A stretch of 64,000 nt of DNA from contig OZ245842.1 of NCBI GenBank assembly GCA_965228895.1, forward strand, positions 2,080,001-2,144,000. Direction: 5' to 3'. Origin of the DNA: Alphaproteobacteria bacterium. Its GTDB lineage: Bacteria > Pseudomonadota > Alphaproteobacteria > SP197. Of the stretch, positions 37,555 through 47,508 are shown in pieces (position 1 is the first letter of the stretch; the number at the start of each line of letters is the position of its first letter). The position numbers and the translations under genes are program-made. The notes beneath the pieces were generated by a model. That model was not told where the DNA came from. It made no database searches and saw nothing but the letters and a program-made list of their open reading frames with translations.

Positions 37555-39777
37555 ATGACGGACGTCGTAGACAAACCCAATATTGAACCGGTCGCGCTCG
37601 GCGAGGCGCTCTCCGAGCGTTACCTTGCCTATGCGCTCTCCACGATCACCGCGCGATCCCTGCCTGATGTGCGTGACGGCCTGAAGCCTGTCCACCGGCG
37701 CCTGCTTTACGCCATGCGCCAACTGAAGCTCAATCCGGCCGACGGGTTCAAGAAATCCGCCCGCGTGGTCGGCGATGTGATCGGTAAGTACCATCCCCAT
37801 GGCGATGTCGCGATCTATGACGCGCTGGTCCGGCTGGCCCAGGACTTTGCCGCCCGTTACCCGCTGGTCGACGGCCAGGGCAATTTCGGTAATGTGGACG
37901 GCGATAGCGCCGCGGCTATGCGGTACACCGAAGCGCGCATGACCGAGGTCGCGATGGCGCTGCTGGAGGGCATCGACGAGGACGCCGTCGACTTCCGCCC
38001 GACCTATGACGGCTCCGAAGACGAGCCGGTCGTCTTGCCCGCGCGTTTCCCGAACCTGTTGGCGAACGGCGCCAGCGGCATTGCCGTCGGTATGGCGACC
38101 AGCATCCCGCCGCACAATGTCGGTGAGCTGTGCGCGGCGCTGGTGCACTTGGTCGACAAACGCAATGCCCAGGCCGCGACCCTTGCCGGGTACATTCCAG
38201 GGCCCGATTTCCCGACCGGCGGCGAACTGGTCGAGCCGCATGAGAACATCAAGGAAGCCTATGCCACGGGCCGCGGCTCGTTCCGTCTGCGCGCGCGCTG
38301 GGTCAAGGAGGACCTTGGGCGCGGCCAGTATCAGATCGTCGTCACCGAAATTCCCTATCAGGTGCAGAAGTCACGCCTGATCGAACGCATCGCCGAACTG
38401 ATCGACGCGCGCAAGCTGCCGTTGCTGGAGACCGTGCTGGATGAGTCGGCGGAGGATATCCGTCTCGTCCTGCAGCCCAAGAGCCGGACGGTCGAGGCCG
38501 AGGTGCTGATGGAAAGCCTGTTCCGCGCGACGGAGCTGGAAAACCGCATCAGCCTCAACATGAACATGCTGGATGGCGACGGCGTGCCCAAGGTGATGAA
38601 CCTGCGCGATGCGCTCCTGGCGTTCATCGATCATCGCCAAGTGGTGCTCGTCAGGCGCAGCCGCTACCGGCTCGACAAGATCAACCATCGCCTGGAGATC
38701 CTGGGCGGCTACCTGATCGTCTTCCTGAACCTGGACGAGGTGATCCGCATCATCCGCGAGGAGGACGAGCCCAAGCCGGCGCTAATGAAGCGCTTCAAGC
38801 TCTCCGACGTTCAGGCCGAAGCGATTTTGAACATGCGCCTGCGGTCTCTTCGCAAGCTTGAGGAGATGGAGCTCAAGCGCGAGAAAAAGGCGCTGACCGA
38901 TGAAAAGAAGTCGCTGAACGCGCTTTTGAAGAGCGAAGCCCAGCAGAAGAAGATGCTGAAGGCCGAGTTCAAGGACATCCGCGCGAAGTTCGGCGAGAAG
39001 ACCGAGCTCGGCAAACGGCGCACCACGATTGGCAAGCCGCCGGCCGAGATCGACGTGCCGATCGAGGCGACCGTCGAGCGCGAGCCGATTACGGTCGTTC
39101 TGTCGGCCAAGGGCTGGATCCGCGCGGTCAAAGGCCACGGCGACGCCGTCGGCACCCTGCGCTTCAAGGAAGGCGACCGTGAGCGATTCCGCTGCGAGGC
39201 CCACACCACCGACAAGCTCGTCTTGTTCGCCACCAACGGCCGTTTCTATACGGTCGCTTGCGATAAGCTGCCGGGCGGGCGCGGTTACGGCGATCCCGTC
39301 AAGCTGATGATTGACCTGGGCAATGAGGGTGATATCGCCTCCATGATGGTCTATGTCGGCGGCCGTCAGTTCCTGGTCGCGTCGTCAGAGGGCAGGGGTT
39401 TCCTGGTGCCGGAGGATGCGGTGCTGGCACAGACACGTGGCGGCAAGCAGGTCCTGAACGTCTCGGGCAAGGGCGAGGCTGTTGTCGCCCGTGTCGCGGA
39501 AGGCAGCCACGTCGCGGTTGTCGGGGAAAACCGCAAGCTCATCATCTTCCCGGTCGGCGAACTGCCGGAGATGACCCGGGGCCGCGGTGTCATCCTGCAG
39601 CGCTACAACAGCGGCGGCCTGAGCGATGCCAAGACCTTCACGCTGAAGGAAGGGCTGAGTTGGCGTAGCGGCAGCCGGACGCGTACGGAAACCAACCTCA
39701 AGAACTGGGTCGGCAAGCGCGGTCAGGCCGGACGTATCGCTCCGCCCGGTTTCTCCAGCGCCAACCGGTTCGGCTAG
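37555..39777 (+). CDS. parC: DNA topoisomerase IV subunit A
   Basis: [22 protein letters not shown] and AAAMRYTEA; 740 aa with no GyrA box; position after recO. Confidence 0.93.
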   Translation: MTDVVDKPNIEPVALGEALSERYLAYALSTITARSLPDVRDGLKPVHRRLLYAMRQLKLNPADGFKKSARVVGDVIGKYHPHGDVAIYDALVRLAQDFAARYPLVDGQGNFGNVDGDSAAAMRYTEARMTEVAMALLEGIDEDAVDFRPTYDGSEDEPVVLPARFPNLLANGASGIAVGMATSIPPHNVGELCAALVHLVDKRNAQAATLAGYIPGPDFPTGGELVEPHENIKEAYATGRGSFRLRARWVKEDLGRGQYQIVVTEIPYQVQKSRLIERIAELIDARKLPLLETVLDESAEDIRLVLQPKSRTVEAEVLMESLFRATELENRISLNMNMLDGDGVPKVMNLRDALLAFIDHRQVVLVRRSRYRLDKINHRLEILGGYLIVFLNLDEVIRIIREEDEPKPALMKRFKLSDVQAEAILNMRLRSLRKLEEMELKREKKALTDEKKSLNALLKSEAQQKKMLKAEFKDIRAKFGEKTELGKRRTTIGKPPAEIDVPIEATVEREPITVVLSAKGWIRAVKGHGDAVGTLRFKEGDRERFRCEAHTTDKLVLFATNGRFYTVACDKLPGGRGYGDPVKLMIDLGNEGDIASMMVYVGGRQFLVASSEGRGFLVPEDAVLAQTRGGKQVLNVSGKGEAVVARVAEGSHVAVVGENRKLIIFPVGELPEMTRGRGVILQRYNSGGLSDAKTFTLKEGLSWRSGSRTRTETNLKNWVGKRGQAGRIAPPGFSSANRFG

Positions 39778-39838
39778 AGTAGATCCTGTTTTGATGGAAT
39801 CGCTTCGCGACAACGTCAAGGCAGGCGAATTTGCTCTA
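39775..39838. repeat. Palindromic intergenic element (copy B, inverted relative to A); supplies the parC TAG
   Basis: Reverse complement TAGAGCAAATTCGCCTGCCTTGACG...GCGAAGCGATTCCATCAAAACAGGATCTACTCTA aligns with copy A. Confidence 0.75.
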
Positions 39839-39848
39839 GTCATAGACG

Positions 39849-39912
39849 GAGAGCGGGTTCACATGGTTAGGGGAAACCGTCAATCGGTTCCCCCTAACCA
39901 TGATCCGCTCTA
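39849..39912. repeat. Palindromic intergenic element (copy C) with the same termini but different inner arms
   Basis: GAGAGCGGGTTCAC-ATGGTTAGGGG-AAACCG-TCAAT-CGGTTC-CCCCTAACCAT-GATCCGCTCTA. Confidence 0.65.
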
Positions 39913-39925
39913 AGCCGCCGCGCCG

Positions 39926-40468
39926 ATGGCTGAGCCAACGCCGCCCGCCGGCACCGTTGGCGCGCTGATCGGTCACATTGATGCTCTCAACCGTGCGGTA
40001 GGGCGCGCGGCGTCGTGGCTGCTGCTGGCCATGGCCTTGGTGACCTTGGCCGTTGTTATCCTGCGCTACGTCTTTTCGACCGGCTTTATCTGGCTCCAGG
40101 AAAGTTACGTCTGGCTCGACGGCATCGCTTTCATGGTCGCCGCCGGCTACACGCTTTTGCGTGACGGTCATGTGCGGGTCGATGTCATCTACCGGTCGGC
40201 CTCGACGCGTTTCAAAGCCTGGGTTGACCTTCTCGGCAGTCTGTTTCTCTTGCTGCCGACCGTCATCGTCGTCGCCTGGTTTTCCGTACCCTATGTCGCG
40301 GCGTCCTGGGAACGCTTGGAAACATCCCGCGAGGCCGCCGGCTTGCCCGGCGTCTTCCTGCTGAAGACGGTCCTGCTGGTCTATTGCTTGTTGTTGGGCC
40401 TCCAGGGGCTAGCGCTGGCGGCGCGCAGCGCGCTCGTACTGATGGATCGGCGGGAGAGGCGGCCATGA
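39926..40468 (+). CDS. TRAP transporter small permease (DctQ)
   Basis: Four TM helices, WLQES and GHVRVDV. Confidence 0.9.
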   Translation: MAEPTPPAGTVGALIGHIDALNRAVGRAASWLLLAMALVTLAVVILRYVFSTGFIWLQESYVWLDGIAFMVAAGYTLLRDGHVRVDVIYRSASTRFKAWVDLLGSLFLLLPTVIVVAWFSVPYVAASWERLETSREAAGLPGVFLLKTVLLVYCLLLGLQGLALAARSALVLMDRRERRP

Positions 40469-42027
40469 GCGGCGCCGAGATCCTCGCCGTCCTGATGGTC
40501 GCGACGACCTTCGCGGTCCTGCTGGCCGGCTATCCCGTCGCGTTTTCCTTGGCCGGCACCGCGCTCGTCTTCGCCGGTATCGGCTGGGCCACCGGCGAGT
40601 TCAGCATCAATCTTCTGGGCGGCTTGAGTTCCCGCTACTTCGGCGCCATGACCAACGAAACCCTGGTCGCCGTGCCGCTCTTCATCATGATGGGGTTGTT
40701 CCTGGAACGCTCGAAGATTGCCGAACAACTCCTTGAAACTATGGGAATTTTGTTTGGTCGACTTCGGGGCGGGCTGGCGCTGTCGGTGATGATCGTCGGC
40801 GTGCTGCTGGCGGCCTCGACCGGCATTGTCGGGGCGACCGTCGTGACCATGGGGCTGCTCAGCCTGCCGACCATGATGAAGGCGGGCTACGACAACCGCC
40901 TGGCGACCGGGACGATCTGCGCGTCGGGTACCCTCGGTCAGATCATTCCGCCCTCCATCGTCCTGATCCTGCTCGGCGACATGCTGCAAGGCGCCAACAC
41001 CGAGGCGCAGAACGCACTTGGCAACTTCGCGCCCGACCCAGTCTCCGTGATCGACCTCTTTGCCGGCGCCTTCATACCCGGCGTCCTGCTGGTCGGCCTC
41101 TACATGATCTACATCCTCGCGCGCTCGGCGCTCAGGCCGGGCGATGCACCGCCGTTGGTCGATACGCAGGACGCGCGTCTGTTGGCGCGGGTGGTCGACG
41201 TTCTGATCCCGCCCCTGGTGCTGATCATCGCGGTCCTGGGATCGATCTTGGCAGGCGTTGCGACGCCGACGGAAGCGGCGGCGGTCGGCGCCATCGGCGC
41301 CGCGCTGCTCGCTGCACGCCAATTGTCGTCTGGGCGAGGCCTGGCGCCGCTGGTGGCGGCCGGTTGTCTGATTGCCATGCTGCTGGTCGCCAATCTGTTT
41401 GATCTGAGGATCGGCCGCGAGGTCGTGCCCTGGTATGACACCGCGGCTTTCTGGGCGGCGGTTATCCTGGCCGTCGGTTTTGTCGGTGGGCTCGTCTTAA
41501 GTCTCCGGCAGCTTCATCGTACCCGTGTGCTGGGCGACGTATTGGACGGTTCGCTGAAGATCACCTGCATGGTCTTCGTCATCCTGCTCGGCGCCTCGGT
41601 CTTCGCGCTTGTCTTCCGCGGCCTACACGGCGACGACTTGGTTCACGAGGTGCTGACCGACCTGCCGGGCGGCGTTTTCGGCGCCATGGTGCTGGTCATG
41701 GCCGTCATGTTCGTTCTTGGATTCTTCCTCGACTTCATCGAGATCGTTTTTGTCGTCGTGCCGATTGTCGCGCCGGTCCTCTTGACCATGGGGCTGGATC
41801 CGGTCTGGCTCGGCGTCATGATCGCAATCAATCTGCAGACGAGTTTTCTAACGCCGCCGTTCGGCTTTGCGCTGTTCTATCTGCGCGGCGTCGTGCCCGA
41901 CAGCATCCGCACGGCCGACATCTATCGGGGCATCGTGCCGTTTGTCGGTATTCAGCTTGTCGGGCTGGGTCTGGTCGCCCTCATCCCGTCACTTGCTACC
42001 TGGTTACCGAAGGTCCTGTTGCGTTAG
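40465..42027 (+). CDS. TRAP transporter large permease (DctM)
   Basis: LVAVPLFI, GTLGQIIPPSI, ATPTEAAAVGA and NLQTSFLTPPFGFALFYL. Confidence 0.92.
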   Translation: MSGAEILAVLMVATTFAVLLAGYPVAFSLAGTALVFAGIGWATGEFSINLLGGLSSRYFGAMTNETLVAVPLFIMMGLFLERSKIAEQLLETMGILFGRLRGGLALSVMIVGVLLAASTGIVGATVVTMGLLSLPTMMKAGYDNRLATGTICASGTLGQIIPPSIVLILLGDMLQGANTEAQNALGNFAPDPVSVIDLFAGAFIPGVLLVGLYMIYILARSALRPGDAPPLVDTQDARLLARVVDVLIPPLVLIIAVLGSILAGVATPTEAAAVGAIGAALLAARQLSSGRGLAPLVAAGCLIAMLLVANLFDLRIGREVVPWYDTAAFWAAVILAVGFVGGLVLSLRQLHRTRVLGDVLDGSLKITCMVFVILLGASVFALVFRGLHGDDLVHEVLTDLPGGVFGAMVLVMAVMFVLGFFLDFIEIVFVVVPIVAPVLLTMGLDPVWLGVMIAINLQTSFLTPPFGFALFYLRGVVPDSIRTADIYRGIVPFVGIQLVGLGLVALIPSLATWLPKVLLR

Positions 42028-43148
42028 GTCCAGGACGGCGACAGCGCGCGGGCTTGCAGGAAGGCAAGGTCGGCGACATCCGACCAGGCGCTGGCCTCAG
42101 CCCGGAACGCCTTGATGCTGTCATAGGTCTCGCGGCTCAACGTGTCATCGCCGATGGCTTCTTCGATGACGTCGACCGACAGGGTCGCCAAGGTTTCCAA
42201 GATCGTATCGGAGAACCGGCGGATATCGACACTGTGGTCGTCCTTCAGGCTTTGCAGCGAGGAGCTGTTGCGCGCGACAAACTCGTTCAGCACCATCTGA
42301 TTGGCGCCATGGCAGGCGACCTCGACCAGTGATTTGAGATCGGCGGGCAGGTCGTTCCAGGCGTCCAGGTTAACGAAACAGTCGATCGGGCCGGAGGGTT
42401 CGTGCCAGCCGGGGTAATAGTAGTACGCGGCGTGCGACTGCAGGCTGAAGGCGAGGTCGTTATAGGGCCCGACCCAATCGACCGCGTCCAGATCGCCTGA
42501 CGCCATCGCCGTTGGAATCTGGCCGCCCGGCATCGTCACGACCGTCGCGCCGGCAGCCGCCAGAACCGCGCCGCCCAGGCCGGGCATGCGGATCTTCAAG
42601 CCGTTGAAATCGTCCATCGCGTTGATTTCGCGGTTGTACCAGCCGCCCATCTGGGCGCCGGTGTTACCGGCCGGGAAGAATTTGCAGTTGAGTTCGCCGT
42701 AAATGCGGTCGGCCAAGTCCTGGCCGCCACCGAACGCAAACCACGCGTTCTGCTCCTGGGTCGTCAAGCCGAAGGGCAGGGCCGACAGGAACTGGATCGC
42801 CTTGATCTTGCCGGACCAGTAATAGGGTGCGCCGTGCCCCATCTGCGCCGTGCCGTTGCCGACCGCATCGATCGACTCAAACGGCGGCACGATTTCGCCC
42901 GCGCTCCTGACCGTGACCGTCAGACGTCCGCCCGAGGCTTCAGTGATGTACCGGGCCAGTCTGTCGGCACCGGTTCCCAGACCCGGGAAACCGGGCGGCC
43001 ACGCGGTGACCATGTCCCAATCGATCGTGCTTTGGGCAATTGCCGGTGCCGGGAGCGCGGAGGCGCCGGCAGCGACGCCGCCCGCGGCTGCGCCTTTCAA
43101 CATGTCGCGGCGTGCGAGCGGGCGTTTGGGCGTTTTTTCGGTCATCAT
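42024..43148 (-). CDS. TRAP substrate-binding protein (DctP, TakP/2-oxoacid-binding type, Tat-exported)
   Basis: Tat motif ARRDMLK; GNTGAQMGGW, KIRMPGLG, WVGPYND and YYYPGWHE. Confidence 0.88.
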   Translation of the reverse strand: MMTEKTPKRPLARRDMLKGAAAGGVAAGASALPAPAIAQSTIDWDMVTAWPPGFPGLGTGADRLARYITEASGGRLTVTVRSAGEIVPPFESIDAVGNGTAQMGHGAPYYWSGKIKAIQFLSALPFGLTTQEQNAWFAFGGGQDLADRIYGELNCKFFPAGNTGAQMGGWYNREINAMDDFNGLKIRMPGLGGAVLAAAGATVVTMPGGQIPTAMASGDLDAVDWVGPYNDLAFSLQSHAAYYYYPGWHEPSGPIDCFVNLDAWNDLPADLKSLVEVACHGANQMVLNEFVARNSSSLQSLKDDHSVDIRRFSDTILETLATLSVDVIEEAIGDDTLSRETYDSIKAFRAEASAWSDVADLAFLQARALSPSWT

Positions 43149-43182
43149 GTCCCCTGGTATCGTCGGCAACGGCAAGGTTGGC

Positions 43183-43956
43183 TCAGTCGGTCTCGAGGTC
43201 CTGCCAACCTGTCGCGGTCAGTGCCTCGAGAGGCCGGAAGCGTGCCTTGTAGGACATCTTATCGCAGCCGGCGATCCAGTAGCCCAGATAGACGAACGGC
43301 ATCGCGTGCGCCGCTGCGTGGTTGATCTGCCACAGGATCATGTACGTCCCAAGACTGCGCTCGGCGAGATCGGGGTCAAAGAACTTGTAGATGCCCGACA
43401 GACCGTCGCCGATCCAATCGGTAAGCGAGACACCGACCAGATCGTCCTCGCTGGTGCGGAACTCGATCAGCCTCGTCTTGACCGGCGTTTCTTCGATCAT
43501 CGCGCGATAGTCGGCAAACGTCATGGTCGCCATGCCGCCGTCGTGATGCCGCTGCTTTTGATAGCGGTCGAAGACGTCGTACTGCTCCAGGGTCGCGGTC
43601 GCGTCGACGATGGTCGCCTTGAGATCGTCGTTGCGCCGCCATGTCTTGCGCATGGTGCGCCCCGGACTGAAGCGCGCGACCGGTTTGCGCACGGGAACGC
43701 ACGCGTTGCACCCGACGCAGGCCGGTTTGTAGACGAGGTTGTGGCTGCGGCGAAAGCCGGCGCCGGTGAGCTCATCGTGAATATCCTGGGCGAACGGACC
43801 GGACAGATCCGTCACGATTTTCATTTCCATCCGGTTGGGCAGATAGGGACAGGTCTGACCGCGTGTGCCGAAGAAGAAGGCAAGCGGGCGCGTGCGCTCT
43901 TGCCCGCCGCTTGAGGCAAGCGCTGAATCGAGGGGTCTGCCGTCTGGTCTTGTCAT
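43183..43956 (-). CDS. Arginyl-tRNA-protein transferase-like protein (bacterial Bpt/Ate family)
   Basis: CPYLP, GFRRSH, YKPACVGCNAC, RHHDGGM, SLGTY and YLGYWI..KMSYK. Confidence 0.9.
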   Translation of the reverse strand: MTRPDGRPLDSALASSGGQERTRPLAFFFGTRGQTCPYLPNRMEMKIVTDLSGPFAQDIHDELTGAGFRRSHNLVYKPACVGCNACVPVRKPVARFSPGRTMRKTWRRNDDLKATIVDATATLEQYDVFDRYQKQRHHDGGMATMTFADYRAMIEETPVKTRLIEFRTSEDDLVGVSLTDWIGDGLSGIYKFFDPDLAERSLGTYMILWQINHAAAHAMPFVYLGYWIAGCDKMSYKARFRPLEALTATGWQDLETD

Positions 43957-43969
43957 GCCGGCGAAAGGG

Positions 43970-44005
43970 TAGAGCAGATCACCTTGTGATGGAATTGCTT
44001 CACGA
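43970..44005. repeat. Half copy of the palindromic intergenic element (copy E)
   Basis: TAGAGCAGATCACCTTGTGATGGAATTGCTTCACGA aligns with 39775-39810 (TAGAGTAGATCCTGTTTTGATGGAATCGCTTCGCGA). Confidence 0.6.
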
Positions 44006-44017
44006 TGGCGCCGTCGC

Positions 44018-45871
44018 TCACGGCAGGTTGTAGTAAACGGGCGCAAAGAATGAGAATGCCACCCACAAGATCAGCACCAGCGGCAGGCCGACCTTGATGA
44101 AGTCGCTGAACCGATAATGCCCGGGCGCCATGACCAGAAGATTGGTCTGATAGCCGATCGGCGAGGCGAACGAGCAACTGGCGGCCATCACGACAGCGAC
44201 GGCAAAGGCCATGGGATCGACACCCAGGCTGTGCGCCATGCTGATCCCTATCGGCGTGAACAAGACGGCCGACGCGTTGTTGCTGAGAATGTTCGTCATG
44301 ATGGCGATCATCAGGAAGAAGGCGGACAACACGACCGCCGGTCCGGCATCGCCGGTCGCGCCGATCACCAGCGCGGCCAAGTAAGCGGCACCGCCCGTGT
44401 GTTGCATCGCAGCGCCCATCGCGAGCGCGGCGCCGACCAGCATGACCACCTTGATGTCGACGGCGCGGGTCGCCTGGCGCACGTTCAGACAACTGGTCGC
44501 GATCATGGCCGATGCGCCAGCGACCGAGGCGATGACCGGCGGCAGGATATCGGTGGCGATGGCAAGCACCACCAGCGCCAAGATGGTGAGGGCGCGGCGT
44601 GCCAGCGGCACGTTGGGCAGTTCGGCGGCCGACCACTCCATCAGCAGAACGTCGGGGTTGGCCCGCAGGGCCTCGATCTCGCCGCGCCGGCCCTGGACCA
44701 GCAGCACATCGCCGGGCTCCAGACGTATCTCGGTGATGCGCTGGCGGATCATGCGCGAGCGCCGTTGAATGCCCAGGACCAGACTCGAGAAACGACGCCG
44801 GAAGCCGATCTGCTCCAGGTTCTGGCCGACCATCCGGCTGGCCGGTGCGATCATAACCTCGACAAGGACGCGTTCCTCGCCCGGCATCCAGCCCCATTGT
44901 TCATCGCCGGCATCGGTGTCGCGCCGGTCGACATCGGCCATCAGGCCGTGGTCACGGGCCAGGGCGTCGGCCAGCGCCTGGCGCGTCCCGGCAACCACCA
45001 GCGTGTCACCGGGCGCCAGGGCGACGGAATCGAACGGCGGCAGCTCGGCGTGTTCGCCGCGCTGGACCATCTGCACCGTGATATCGGGCAAGCTGGCGAA
45101 CTGACCGGCCGCCGCGTGCTGGCCAACCAGGTTCGACGACGGCGCCAGGGTGATTTGCGCGATGTACTGGCGCCCGGCGTTGCCCACCAGGCGGCCGGCC
45201 AGGCCGCTGCGTGGTTTGAGCAGACGCGGGGCGACCAGGATCGTATAGACCAGACCGATACTTGCCAGGACCACACCCGGTACGGCGAAAGAAAACATAC
45301 TGAACGGCTGTTCGCCGAGTTCCCGCAGACTGCCGGAGACCAGGAGGTTCGTGCTGGAGCCGATCAACGTAATCATGCCGCCCAGGCAGGCCGCATAACT
45401 CAGAGGGATCATCACTTTGCTGACGGAACGTCCGCGCCGTTCCGCGAGCGCCTGCAGGACCGGGATGAAGACGACAACGATTGGCGTGTTGTTGGCGAAC
45501 GCCGAAAGCACGAGGGCGACGATCAGCGCAAGGCCGATGGCGACGCGGGCGCGTCCGCGCGTCAGCATCAGCATGCCGCCGGCGATGCGTTGCAGCGCGC
45601 CCGTCTGGATCAACCCCTGGCCAACCACCAACAGGCAGACGACGGTGATCAGCGCGGGGTTGGCGAAGCCGGCCAGAACTTCGCTTGGCGCCATCAGGTT
45701 TTCGCCGTCTGGCCCGGCCAATGGCAGAATGTTGAAAATGACGAGCAGGACGGCGATCACGCTGATCGAGGTGAACTCCAGCGTGTAGGTTTCGGTCGCA
45801 TAGAGGTAGACCGCCACCACAATGACGGCGAATGTCAGCCACATCGACAGAGATGCGTCGGGCATGGGCAT
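44018..45871 (-). CDS. SLC13/CitMHS family permease with two TrkA-C domains
   Basis: AGFANPA, SAFANNT, TLIGSSTNLLV, LSNNASA and SPIGYQTNLLV. Confidence 0.9.
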   Translation of the reverse strand: MPMPDASLSMWLTFAVIVVAVYLYATETYTLEFTSISVIAVLLVIFNILPLAGPDGENLMAPSEVLAGFANPALITVVCLLVVGQGLIQTGALQRIAGGMLMLTRGRARVAIGLALIVALVLSAFANNTPIVVVFIPVLQALAERRGRSVSKVMIPLSYAACLGGMITLIGSSTNLLVSGSLRELGEQPFSMFSFAVPGVVLASIGLVYTILVAPRLLKPRSGLAGRLVGNAGRQYIAQITLAPSSNLVGQHAAAGQFASLPDITVQMVQRGEHAELPPFDSVALAPGDTLVVAGTRQALADALARDHGLMADVDRRDTDAGDEQWGWMPGEERVLVEVMIAPASRMVGQNLEQIGFRRRFSSLVLGIQRRSRMIRQRITEIRLEPGDVLLVQGRRGEIEALRANPDVLLMEWSAAELPNVPLARRALTILALVVLAIATDILPPVIASVAGASAMIATSCLNVRQATRAVDIKVVMLVGAALAMGAAMQHTGGAAYLAALVIGATGDAGPAVVLSAFFLMIAIMTNILSNNASAVLFTPIGISMAHSLGVDPMAFAVAVVMAASCSFASPIGYQTNLLVMAPGHYRFSDFIKVGLPLVLILWVAFSFFAPVYYNLP

Positions 45872-46109
45872 GGCAGGCGTTCGCCCTGTTCCGTGGTCGT
45901 CGAGTTGGCCGATTATACCAAAGTTGGTGCCATCGCCCGCTTTTACACGGCGCGGCGCAATCGGGCGGCTATTGGGGCGGCGGGCGCATGTCATACAGCC
46001 TTGTCGGGCCCATGAACAGCGCGATTTTTTGGCAATCTCGCGCCGTACAGGTAGAGGTTTTCAAGACGGCTGCGCTATCATCGCCCGGTGACGGCAGGGG
46101 GATGAGGCC

Positions 46110-46601
46110 TTGAGCCGAAAACGCAACTTTACCAAGCGACAATTGCGCGATGCTCTCGGGCGTTTTGCGACGGGTGTCACGATCATCACGACCTGTACCC
46201 GGGAAGGCGAATTGCTGGGAATCACGGCCAATTCGTTCAATTCCGTGTCTCTTGAGCCGCCGATGGTGCTGTTCAGCTTGGCGCGCGAGGCTTACAGCCT
46301 GAACAAGTTCGAGACCTGTGATTTCTTCGCGGTCAACATCCTGCGCGAGGATCAGAGGGACCTGTCCGACAAGTTCGCCAAGGCGTCAGTCGACAAGTGG
46401 GAAGGCGTCGACTACACGACCGGCGTCACCAGTTGTCCGCTGATCCCTGAATCGCTGGCAACGTTCGAGTGTTACACGCGCTTCCACTATGACGGCGGCG
46501 ACCACGTGATCTTTGTCGGCGAGGCGTTCAACATGACCGCCGGTGACGGCGGTCCTCCGTTGCTTTACTTCGACGGAAAGTACGAAAAAATCAGCTCATA
46601 A
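46110..46601 (+). CDS. Flavin reductase family protein
   Basis: LGRFATGVTIIT, TANSFNSVSLEPP and GGDHVIFVGE. Confidence 0.9.
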   Translation: MSRKRNFTKRQLRDALGRFATGVTIITTCTREGELLGITANSFNSVSLEPPMVLFSLAREAYSLNKFETCDFFAVNILREDQRDLSDKFAKASVDKWEGVDYTTGVTSCPLIPESLATFECYTRFHYDGGDHVIFVGEAFNMTAGDGGPPLLYFDGKYEKISS

Positions 46602-46669
46602 ATCACTTTAAGAGCAGAAGATTTTAAGATTTATAACAAAAGGTTATTGAATATAATTAGTTTAACATA

Positions 46670-47467
46670 TTAGGAGGTTCTTGACACCCATGCCATGGCG
46701 CAATCCAGGAGATTCCTGATCGTTGCCTTCACCTTGTCGGCGCGCTTGTCGAGATAGCGGAACGGCGGGTCTTCTTCCATGTAGGTGATCTCGGAAAGCT
46801 CGAGCTGAACGGCATGGATGCCGTCATCGGGCTGGCCGTAACTGCGCGTGATAAAGCCGCCCTTGAACCGCCCGTTCAGCACCGCGCCGTGTTCGGCGCC
46901 CCGTTCGGCGATCGCCAGCAGTTGGCCGGCGAGTTCGGCGTCGGCGCTGGCGCCTGACGCCGTTCCCAGGTTGAAATCGGGCAGGCGGCCGTCAAAGAAG
47001 CGGGGCGCGACCGAGCGGATCGTATGGCCGTCCCACAGGACAACCCGGTCATGGCGCGCCCGCAGCCGTTTGAGTTCGGCGGCGATCTGATCGTGATAGG
47101 GGCGCCAATAGGTTTCCAGGCGGCGCTCGATCTCCACATCATCGGGCGCCTGTCCGGGCAGATAGATCGGCGAGAAGTCGAACATGGTGAGGGGGCACAG
47201 CTCTGTATTGCTGGCACCCGGATAGAGCGGCGCGTTGTCCGGCGCGCGGTTGAGATCGATGACATAGCGTGAATGGGTCGCCGTCAGCACCGTTGTGCCC
47301 ATGTCAGCCGCCATGTCGTAAAGCCGGTCGACATGCCAGTCCGTATCCGGCACGTGACGCGCCGGACCGGTCATGTGTTCGGCAATGCCGATCGGCACGT
47401 GGGTGCCGGCATGGGGCAGGCTGACAAGAAGCGGCGCCTCGCCGCGGATCAGCGTATAGGGTTGCAT
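46670..47467 (-). CDS. hutG: N-formylglutamate deformylase
   Basis: PLLVSLPHAGT, DTDWHVDRLY, SRYVIDLNR, NGRFKGGFITRSYG and HAVQLEL. Confidence 0.85.
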   Translation of the reverse strand: MQPYTLIRGEAPLLVSLPHAGTHVPIGIAEHMTGPARHVPDTDWHVDRLYDMAADMGTTVLTATHSRYVIDLNRAPDNAPLYPGASNTELCPLTMFDFSPIYLPGQAPDDVEIERRLETYWRPYHDQIAAELKRLRARHDRVVLWDGHTIRSVAPRFFDGRLPDFNLGTASGASADAELAGQLLAIAERGAEHGAVLNGRFKGGFITRSYGQPDDGIHAVQLELSEITYMEEDPPFRYLDKRADKVKATIRNLLDCAMAWVSRTS

Positions 47468-47508
47468 CGGTACTCCTTGGTCGCCTCCGTAACGCGGTGA
47501 GCGAGCCG

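Noticed and set aside
44117-46015. 632-aa plus-strand ORF and other long antisense ORFs (e.g. 11432-12811, 51125-52276, 58292-59506, 10007-11209)
   Set aside because: They are shadows of well-supported genes on the opposite strand in high-GC DNA and carry no recognisable motifs.
46655-46690. ATATGTTAAAC on the minus strand resembles a XerD arm of dif
   Set aside because: There is no XerC arm at the 6-bp spacing, and that position lies within the hutG coding end.
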